Below are positions 53,345 to 64,000 of a DNA stretch of 64,000 nucleotides, in pieces. The stretch covers positions 37,448,001 to 37,512,000 of the forward strand of contig OZ024747.1 in NCBI GenBank assembly GCA_964016885.1, in the 5' to 3' direction. Position numbers and translations under genes: made by a program. This DNA comes from Eledone cirrhosa (lineage: Eukaryota). Position 1 is the first letter of the stretch. Each line of letters opens with the position of its first letter. The notes below the pieces were generated by a model that saw nothing but the letters and a program-made list of their open reading frames with translations, had not been told where the DNA came from and ran no database searches.

Positions 53345-53742
53345 ATGCAAATTAGACTGCTCAGCCGTTACTATGCATAATGAAAGTATATACTTTCAAA
53401 CGTTCAATCGACTGACAGGAAGGTATACATTGCTGATGACAGCTAATAAGCTAGAAACTAGTTCATCGTTCCTTTGTCAGTATTGAACAAAAGGGCAACG
53501 ATGGTTGCCGAACACTGTACGGCTTAATTCGGGATGTTTGTTTACAAACAAACCGAACATCATAATAAATCTACGGTAAACCCATACGTACATATATATA
53601 TATATATATATGTGTGTGTATGTATGTATGTATATACATACTACTGTACGTCTATATACATATATGTATGTACGTATACATACTTATATTTAAGTATCAA
53701 CCGTACTAAGAGTGAGAAATGAAATTTCATTTTTTCTATTTA
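53345..53742 (+). mobile_element. Diverged solo retrozyme-like monomer in (TA)n, hammerhead at 53427-53469
   Basis: Collinear with the 4895 unit; CTGATGA-c AGCT aata AGCT a-GAAA-CTAG-TT; proximal stem I has two mismatches. Confidence 0.85.
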
Positions 53743-53872
53743 TATTATATATATAATATATATATATCATCATCATCATCATCATCATCATACGTCCGCT
53801 CTTCCCTGCTTGCAAGGGTGGGACGGGTCTTATTCAGCACAGCATCTGTCCAATTGTCACGGTCCTTCGTCA

Positions 53873-54440
<568 letters not shown>

Positions 54441-55031
54441 TATTATTATTTGCCTGCCTATGGAAAAATGTAAGAGAAGGAGTTCAATATAAGATGGAGA
54501 GCAATGTTTTTTTCTATTATCCTTTTGTTCACCAGTCTAAGACTTAAAAGAAACAATAGAAATGGCCTCTAGTCATTTGTATTGTGTTAGTCAATCTTAA
54601 TTAGGGAAAGCAGAGATAACAGCTGTCAAAGGATTGCTGTAAAAAATGATGAAATGTGAAGCGAAAAGCGGGGAAAACCTATTAGGAAATGTAACTGCAA
54701 GAGAATTATAATAAGGTGTGAGAATACCCTGCTCTCTGAGGGATGGAGACAAAGAAGGGGGTAGGAACAGAGTAATCTCACAAAATATAAACGATTATTC
54801 TTATTATAATTATTATTAATGGCGGTGGATTGGTAGTATTGGTAGAGTGTCAGACAGCATGCTTTGCATCCTGATGAGGTTAGCTTTACCTTTCATCCTT
54901 ATGGGGTCGATAAAATAAAGCACCAGTAATGTACTGAGGTCAATTTAATCGACTTTCTCTTCCTCCCCAAATTTCTGGCCTTGTGCCTATATCAGAAACC
55001 ATTATTTTATTATTATTATTATTATTATTTG

Positions 55032-55225
55032 GGAGGAGGGGAAAGTCAATTAAATCAACCCCAGTGCATTACTTTATTCTATCAACCCCATAAGGATGAA
55101 AGGCAAAGCTAACCTTGGCGGAGTTCAAATCCCACCAAGGTTAGCTTCGCCTTTCATCCTTACAGAGTCAATAAAATAAAGTACCAGTAATGCACTGGGG
55201 TTGATTTAATCAACTTTCCCCTCCT
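55032..55225. repeat. Foldback SINE-B (inverted duplication centred on the B-box loop)
   Basis: taaggatgaaaggcaaagctaaccttgg..gttcaaatc..ccaaggttagcttcgcctttcatcctta; arms about 90 bp. Confidence 0.85.
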
Positions 55226-58200
55226 CAAAAATTGTTGGCCTTGTGCCTAAATCAGAATTTACTACTATTTTGTATTTCTTATGCTTTTCACAGATTTATT
55301 TTCTTGCAGCTATTATTAGTATCAGAGTGATGTAATGGGTGCAGTAGAGCAATGAAATAAATAATCTATGTGATTGTTTTATAGTATTATTGGCACTATT
55401 ATTGAATGCATCCAGTTCATACTATAAAATGGTTAGTGTTAGGAAGGGCATCCAGCGATAGAAACATGCCAAAATATGGAACATATGAGGAAGATGTAGT
55501 TCTTTAACCTGTCTAGTTTCAGACTATGAACAACTTTCCAACCTATGCTAGCATGGAAAACAGATGTAAAATGATTTATGATAATGATTAGAATGATGAT
55601 GGTGGTGATGATGATGATGAAGGCAATTGTTGTTTGTCTCTCAACAGTTTGAGATGAATAGCCGATATAATCAACTTTGCCTTTCATCAATCAGTGGTAA
55701 ATTAATAAACAGGCATTTACTAAGGTCAATTCATTTGATTTTTTTCATTTCTTCTGCTTCACCCTGGAAGAGTCGTAGGAGCAGAGTCCTCAAACACTCC
55801 TACCATAAAATGAGTATAGTTTACATAGTTCACATAAGAATCATAGTACACCCAATAGTTAAAGTTGTAAGGTAGGAACCAAATCAAGTAAACAAACTGA
55901 ATGCTCCCAGCACCATCAACTTTTATTCTCTACATATATTTGCTTTGAGGCATTGAATCTGCAGAGTCATTAGAATGTTGGATACAATGCTTTGTGGTAT
56001 TCATTCCAGCTCTCTGCTCTCTGGGCTCAAATACCGCCAGGATCAACTTTGCCATTCAACCTTTCAAGGTTGATAAAAAAAAGTACAAGTCTAGTACTGG
56101 AGTCAGTTCTTCCTCTACATCGCTTTCTCATTTCCTGTCTCACTCTCTACTCATCTCTAGAAGAAATCTGCTGTATTCAAATGGCGGGTCTTGTCATAAA
56201 CACTGTGTCACACTAAATGTCCCTGAGAATTACAGATTACACATTTGTGGAATTTTCAGCCACTTATATGTTAATCTCATGAGCAGGCTGTTCAATTGAT
56301 TGAACAACTGGAACACTCATCATTGAAAACCAAATTGATAGAGATCCATTCCAGTTCCATAGAAACAATGGTAATGGCAGTTTAGTGTGTAGAGCATGAT
56401 AATGCAATAGAGTGACTGGTTTAAATGTTACCTACTCTCAGGTCCAAAATAACAGGGGGGGGGGGGGGAATAAGCAAGGAGTGTTGGAATAAGAGGGTTG
56501 GAAAATCGGTAATTTTTGATAAAATAAATAACACCACAGAATATCTTCTAAAAATGTGTAGTATTTTGTCATCATAGATGAGTATTTATGATGACCCAAG
56601 ACAAAATTATTCTAGTGGTCAATTTTCTCTACTTTTAATAATATTGTTATATTATTATTATTCACTCATAAATACATATTGGTATCCAACATGTTAGAAC
56701 AAAAACAGATTTTGTTTTTAATTTTCGGCAAAGCCAGCCATAAAAATCACAAAAGTATGCCAATTAGGCTAATCAGCCGATGTATACCTTTGAGTATACT
56801 ATGTATTCTCAACAGTTCCAGCGGGTAGCAGTGACGAGAGGATATATAGTCTTGATAAGGGGCAATAACTCTGAAATAATTGTCAATTATTTTATCTACT
56901 GCAGGAACAAAAGGATAACGTCAGTCATCTAAAAAACACACATGGTGTTGTGAGGCTGTTTGCTTGCAAATGAACCAAATATTAATAACATTACTATTAA
57001 TCACTCACGAATACACACACACATATATATATATATATATAAATATTTGAACAAATAAAACAAAACAATCACAGGGATGCAAAATACAAAGTCTTATTAG
57101 GATCATGCTTAGGAGGAAGTGGAGGAGGGTTTGGCACTTTGGATAGAAGTCCTTTATCAGGAAATGGAGAGTACAGATAGGGAGAGAATAAGTACATGAA
57201 AGTTTGGAAAAGAGGGGGTGGTAGTCAAGTGGTCTGGCATTCGGGAGTAGAGGCGGGTCCAGGTGTGTCATGGGTGTGGATGTACGTGTGCCAATGGGGT
57301 GAAATTGGTAGGTGTGCATTATTACTTTAGTTTGTGTGTGTATGTATGTGTATAAATGTGCATATTTCTCAGTCTTATATCGTTGGTGTGTGCACACTGG
57401 TGTGTGTGTGCGTTCTTTGTTTTTTTTGTGCATGTGTATATGTACTTTTTAGACTACACTCATTGACCTGCATCCTAGGTGTGAAGGCGGAAGCTGTATT
57501 ATATACCATATGGGAGAATCCTGTCTTAGGATTTCATGTTAGTTCAATATCTGGGCAGAGGTGTTGAGAGCTGATGTCAAATTGCTGAAACTCACAGAGG
57601 AGATGATGAAGGAATGCAGAGAGTGGAGATATGGTGTGATGAAAAGGACCCGTCCTACCCATGTAAGCGTGAAAAGCCAGACGTAAAAATAACGATGACG
57701 ATGATGATGAATACCCACCCAATAAGTTGTTCTCTGTTCTGTAGTCATGTAAATAGAGGAAGTACAAAGCACTCCACAATGGAAGTGGTAAAAGTGTATA
57801 TCTTTCACATTACTGACACAGCCACTATAAACCATTAGAGATTCTTATGATTATTATCACAACATAATATTCCACCATACTGGCACAGGACAGTTGAGTG
57901 TCATTCACTATCCTAAATTTTTTCGATTATCCCAAATGACGAAATCCCCCAAAAATCAAAATACGAAAAATTTGAAATACTGAAAACCACAATTACAAAT
58001 GCCATAGTACAGAAAGATAAGTGAAGCTTAGTAAATTATTTCTCTAACAGGTTCAATTACATCTATAAAACTGCAACACAAACTATAAACTAACATCTAA
58101 GGTTTTGTGAAGTGGTAGTGTTAGTGACACAACAAAAAGTACCCAGTCCACACTGTAAACTGGTCATGCTGCGATACGACAAAAAGTACCCTGTCCACAC

Positions 58201-60806
58201 TGTAAAATGGTCATGTTGGTGACACAACAAAAAATGACCAGTCCACCCTGTAAAGTGGTCGTGTTGGGAACATGGCAAAAAGCGCCCAGTTCACTCTGGA
58301 ATTCATAGGTTACAAACTGGCTTTGAATGATGTTGGAGAAGTCTATATACGTGATGGTTTCAGGCAGCGTGTAGTAATGAAATGAAATGGGTTAGCTTTG
58401 GTTGAATCTCTAATGGAAAAAGAAGGAGAGAGAGAGAGAGAAAGAAAAGGGGCAGCATGGCGAGATAAAGGAGTGAATCCCGACAGAATAGCTGATTACA
58501 GCAAACTTAATTGAACAGGAGACATGAAATAAGAGAAATAAATAGCCATTGTTGATAGGGCACATGGATTAGGTACATGAAATAGAATAGAGCTGATGCT
58601 TCTAGTAAGTATGAAATACATACATAAAATAAGATAGAGCTGTAGTTTTATATTGAAAGAATAAAAGTATTAAAAAATGAAAATTAATGAAACTATTTAC
58701 ATATACAATTGTTTGTTTAATATCTTTTATCATTTAGTTACATAGTTTTAAAAATGTAAATGTTTTAATGTTTCTCATAAGTTTCACGTATAAAATATAT
58801 ATATTTAAAATTGTAAATATCTTGTTTTTTGAGAATGTTTGTTATTTTTTCATAAATAAAAGGGAGGTGGAATGGCAGAATTGGTAGAGCGACGGGTATG
58901 CTTTGTGGCATATAGGTACATTCCTTTACATTCTGAGTTAAAATTCTGCCATGGTTAGCTTTGCCTTTCATCCCTACGGGATTGATAAAATAAAGTACCA
59001 GTAACATACAATGATCGATTTAATCGACTTTGCTCTCCCCCAAAATTGTTGGTCTTGTGCCTAAAACAGAAACTATTATTTTTCCTATGTATATTTTCAA
59101 GATTTTACTTTTAAAATCATAGTTTTTTGTTGTTTTATTTCCATTTATTTATTTGTATTCTAATTATTTAGGATTCAGGCCCAAACCTAATATGGTTAGG
59201 TCTCTGGTGATAAGCTGATACAGCTTGTCACCATTCCACATAATCCTATAGTATGTTGCCAGTGGTTTTCAGAACATTTAACCTGTTTATCCTGAGAACA
59301 TGACAAATGACAATGAAGATGATGATGATGATGACGGCATATATTTGTCCATATTAGCATAGTGAAGAGATATTTATTGCAGTATCAGCTTTTAGTTAGA
59401 TACACTTTCAAATTTTAATTCAACCAAGAAGTGGGAATGGAACCATTTGATATAGTCTAGCAGATTGTAGCAAGCAGTCATGAAATCTTTCTCAGAAGCA
59501 CAGCACATTGATTGCAGTAATACCTATTAAATTCAAGACCGCATGAGATTACTGGCTCAGTAATGCCTCACAGCCATTGTAACCTATCAAATAGTAATTA
59601 TAGCATAACAATTAAAAATATTTAATGATTTATCACATAATGACATATCAATTAAAACTATTTACTACTGTATAATAACTAAGGAAGTGTTTAGCTAGAG
59701 TGATATAACTAAAGAGATTAGTAACTTTAGAGCATTGTGCCAGTGTTGAAACTGATATCTTAGATTAAATCTCTTTAATTTCCAATGTTTGTCAGGTAAA
59801 CATACTGCAGTAATGACCACACGATCTCATGAGTTTAAATTTTATTACAACTACTCTGTGTGTGTATTACAACTCTGTCTGTGTGTGTGTATTACAACTA
59901 CTCTGTGTGTGTCCTTGTGTACAAGGGACTTAACTCTACTTACTTAACTTGGATTGAGCTGTTATTACACTTAATTAGTGAGAGACTGTTAGATTAATTA
60001 ATTAGATATTATATGCATGATACTCAGGGTGAGATCAGCAGAAGGAAGAATATTAACTCCATTAATTAAATACGCTACCAATGTGCTTCAATAAACTTTT
60101 TAAATTATTAAGAATTTGGAAGGATTTAGTAAAATAATTATCATAAGTAACCTTTTTAACACCAAACCACCCATTTCTTTGATACAAACTGTTTGAATTT
60201 AAGTGTTTCTATTTACCTGAAAACCTTTCGTCATAACTTTATGTGAGAACCTTTCTGTTAAGGTATATTCTAAACCCCAGATTAAGAAAAGAGAAAGTTA
60301 GTTACTTTACTAAATTCTTTAAATTCTAATTATTCTCAAAATTAATTAATACACATGGACAGTGTATTTCATTAGAAAAAAGTTAAGGTGATGTTTGGAA
60401 TATCAACATCATGCTCTTACATCCATTTTTCCAACTTTATAAAATCATGATTGAAGGTTTTAATTTAAATATTAAATACTTTAAAATAAGAAGTTATATT
60501 CATAAAACTAGCTCATCCTGAGCTTTTTGGTTTCAAAAATGTTAGAATGAAAAAAAAACATTTTATCTAGAAATAGACAATTATCGAAATTAAAAAAAAA
60601 CTCACTCAACCCAGGTGAGCAGGATAAACTGGATTTAAAAAATGAAAGTCAATTCAAAATAGCATATAGTTCGATCAAACAAAGCCCAGACATTATACGC
60701 TTATAGAGTAGGGGTGGAACTTGTCAAATCAGACCACAACTCCTAGCAGACAATTCAAAATAAACAAAACTCATTTTCTTCTTCAGACAAACATAAACAG
60801 ACTTAC

Positions 60807-61041
60807 CTTTCCATCCCAACCAAGAGGTAAATTTTTGGGGTTGTAAGGAATATCTTCTTCGTCATCATCAGAATCTTCCTCTTCATAATTTTCATCATCA
60901 GACTCCTCCCGTTCCTCACCAGTTCGGGCTTGCTTGCGTTGTACATTTTCCCTGGTAGCAGCTCTCTGTTCACTCAGCACCTCAGTCAGTCGGTAGCACT
61001 GGGCTTCCAACATGGCAATTCCTTTTTGTCTTTCCATATCT
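60807..61041 (-). CDS. SF3A3: Splicing factor 3A subunit 3 (SF3A3/PRP9/SAP61), internal exon, 235 nt
   Basis: Translates DMERQKGIAMLEAQCYRLTEVLSEQRAATRENVQRKQARTGEEREE...IPYNPKNLPLGWDGK. ENVQRKQART and YNPKNLPLGWDGK are hallmark SF3A3 motifs. Flanked by a ttttcag acceptor and a gtaagt donor. Confidence 0.96.
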
Positions 61042-61554
61042 CTGAAAATTAAAATGGTCACATCAAACAGTTGTCATAGTCAATAAACTGGTACTTCATA
61101 TTAATGCTTATGAAGGCACATGGCTTAGTGGTTAGAGCATTGGCCTTGCAATTGAAAGGTTGTGAGTTCAATTTTCAGACTGGGTGATGTGTTGTTTCCT
61201 TGAGCAAGACACTTTATTTCACATTGCTCCAGTTTACTCAGCTGTAGAAATAAGATGATAGGGACTGGGGTTCCTATCATTCCACTGCAAAGTGGTTGTG
61301 GAGGTGCCACGGCAAAAAAGCACCCAGCCCATACTGTAAAGTGGTCGTGGAGGTGCCACGGAAAAAAAGCACCCAGCACTCACTGTAAATGAGGTTGGTG
61401 TTAGGAAGGGCATCCAGCTGTAGAAATCAAACCAGAATCAGTTCCCGTCCCACCCTTGCAAGCAGGGAAAAGCGGACGTAAAATGATGATGATGATGATG
61501 ATGATGATGAGAGCAAAGCACCTGAAATCGCCCATGATTTCATGATACAAAACC

Positions 61555-61853
61555 ACTTTGGGAGGTTCATGCAGATGCAGCCAATAAAAAGACGCACTCA
61601 CCTGTTGGGTTTCACTTCAATTTATTATCATAGTTTCCCAGTCACTTAGTTTAATAACCGGATGGTTATTACAAAGTAACAACAAAAGTAGTCACTGAGG
61701 AGGTCACAGAATGTGTGAGGAAAGAGCTTTGATGACAAGCAATAACTAAACAACCATCCGGTTATTAAACTAAGTGACTGGAAAATTATAATATTAAATT
61801 GAAGTGAAACCCAACAGGTGAGTGTGTTATTGGCAGCATGAATCTCCCAAAGT
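61555..61853. repeat. Foldback element with ~100-110-bp inverted arms and a central hammerhead-like core
   Basis: actttgggagg..cactcacctgttgggtttcacttcaattta..taataaccggatggtt and its reverse complement from 61752. Confidence 0.85.
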
Positions 61854-62549
61854 ATAACAATATATACATAGAGGCCAACTATCACTCCCCCTCTCCCAAG
61901 TCATTTCTTACAGAACACATATCACTCTCTTACCATCACCTATCTCTATTATTATCCATCTTTCTTTCTCGGCAGCAAACACGTAGCTGCCATTTAGTCT
62001 CCTTTCCATTAAATACATCTGACATACTCTCCCTCCAATAACTCTTGCTTCCTGTCCCATTAATTTCTCATTCCTTTCATCCATTTATCTTGGTTTGCTC
62101 TCCCCCTCTCTCTCTTTTATTCTCACTCATTGCTTTGAAACAATGGTGACAGCAATGAGTAGTGGGTATATGGGCCAGGATTTTAATTAAAATAGCAAGA
62201 GTAAGAGTTCAGCAATCGGACCCCTACACTTTCTAATATATATATATATTATCATCAACATTTAACATCCATTTTCCATGCTAGCATGGGTTGGACAAGT
62301 TGTCCTGCTGTGAGACAGGCCAGATCAGATGACCGTCTCTTGCTCATACAAAACTGTTTTGGGCTTGGTTTCTATGGCTGGATGCTCTTCCAAACGCCAA
62401 CCACATTTACAGTGTGGACTGGGTACTTTTTGTCATGACACCTACACAACCACTTTACAGTATGGCCTGTAAAGAACCAAAGTTTTAAAATCCATTTTTA
62501 ATATCTATGATATATATATATATATATATATATATAATGTAGGAGGTGA

Positions 62550-62587
<38 letters not shown>

Positions 62588-62904
62588 AAAAACTTCATCA
62601 TATTACCCACTCTACTACCCCAAGTATCGAGTACTCTGGTGAGTAATGGTCTAACTGGCTTTTACCGATTCCATTCTGATATATATATATATAAGCTATG
62701 CTTGAAAAGACCCATGCAAGCATACAAAAGCAGATATAAAAGAATGATGATGATGAAATACTTTGGTTGCATTAAGAGTCCCAATAAATGAAAAGATATT
62801 ATAAGCTGTTGGGAATCCAAAGATCTAAGATTTTCCATGGCTTCTGCAGACCCAAGTTTTTATTTCATTTATTTTGTATTGCAAACGTCATTGATGTTAT
62901 CCAC

Positions 62905-63560
62905 CAGGTCAATCAATGGTTTACTATATTTACAATTACCAAAGTAACAAAGGAGAGTCTGTGAAAGTAAGACAGAACCAATACCACAAGCTAGTTTTGT
63001 TCAAAAGCGTTGGCTTATCAATCTTCTTGACAAAACTTTCAAGCACAGACATTGGTAGCACGACTCGAGCACTCCACACTCACATTAAAGAACACCTCAA
63101 CACACACGCATCCTCATTCAAAAAACACATTGACAAATGTAGAAACATCAACCAACATATTACCGTTACCATTAAAGCCAGTGATAGAAATGTGGGCAAC
63201 TTAAGAAGCCTTGCTCATTTGTAGATTCAACCAGCAAATAAATAATAGATTAGAACTCAGCACACAGTACTTAACATAAAAAGACACACCCACAGGCACA
63301 CAAACTAAACATCTCATACAAAAAAGAAAATTGATTTTGCAAAATACTATACTGGCAATCAATCACGTGGAAAGCGAAATAACCAGAAAAAAAACGCTTG
63401 AAAACGACTTAGAAAAAATTTAAATCAAAATCAATATGTTATCCCAAAGAGAGGAAATTGGAACGTTATCCACCGAAGGTTCCTTAAACTCTGATGAAGG
63501 GACTTTTAGGTCCCAAAATATTGGACAGACAAAAGAAGAAGAACAACAAAAAAAACAAAA
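62905..63560 (+). mobile_element. Penelope-like element remnant: GIY-YIG endonuclease fragment and decayed hammerhead
   Basis: IYNYQ...(Y>D)IGSTTRALHTHIKEH..SSFKKH; downstream CTGATGA-aGGGAC ttttag GTCCC-(G>A)AAA at about 63491-63520. Confidence 0.65.
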
Positions 63561-63709
63561 CAAAGATGACAAGGTAACTTACTTTTACTTTTCGTTACCT
63601 CATCTTACAGCCTATTTTGCATTGTGTAGCCTTCTATTTCTTTGAACGTTAAGAAAACAAATATATAATCTTTATTTTATACTGCTTTAGGAAGCTGTAT
63701 CTATGAAGG

Positions 63710-63970
63710 CTGAAGTCAACTTTGCCTTTAATCCATTCCAGATCGATAAAAAAGTACCAGTCAAGTACTGGGGTCGATTCTTGCTCTATATCTCTCTTTC
63801 GCTTCTGTTCTCTCACTCTCAATTCTTCTCTGGAAGAAATCTGCTGTATTCAGACCTGGAGAGATGGGCTCTGTCAAATTAAAAAAATTGCCATAGAAAC
63901 ACCAAATGTGAATATGGCACCCCTACGACTCCCTCATGAGTTATGGGACCATGCATGCATCTATGAAGGC
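63710..63970 (+). mobile_element. Dispersed SINE-like repeat, related to about 16015-16250 and 55955-56190
   Basis: Shared gataaaaaagtaccag..agtactgggg..gattctt..ctctatatc..ggaagaaatctgctgtattc. Confidence 0.65.
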
Positions 63971-64000
63971 TAACTGCAAACACTACTATAGAGACTCATC

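Overview
This is eukaryotic, AT-rich, microsatellite-laden animal DNA. Octopus or another cephalopod is my inference from repeat style and is not verified. The only host protein gene I can support is SF3A3/PRP9 (U2 snRNP splicing factor) on the - strand: three GT-AG exons (61041-60807, 38010-37900, 3038-2948) separated by introns of about 22.8 kb and 34.9 kb, with the gene running off both ends of the window. The introns hold a near-complete RTE LINE with an intact 1038-codon APE-RT frame and an inserted PHD finger, several truncated relatives, a BovB-like RTE with three C-terminal C2H2 fingers, a CR1-like LINE, two tRNA-derived SINE families, and mariner, piggyBac, Helitron and Penelope remnants. 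The most striking unannotated signal is a set of minimal hammerhead ribozymes (HHRs). These include a ~416-bp tandem retrozyme-like repeat with one HHR per monomer (4895-5765), a diverged solo copy at 53.4 kb showing base-pair covariation, a separate complete HHR on the SF3A3 sense strand (47661-47726), and HHR cores inside two foldback elements and a Penelope remnant. A duplicated H/ACA-snoRNA-like fold lies at about 1.0-2.8 kb, with one copy disrupted by the CR1 insertion. Most short ORFs in the supplied track are microsatellite or antisense artefacts. Repeat boundaries were read by eye and are approximate.
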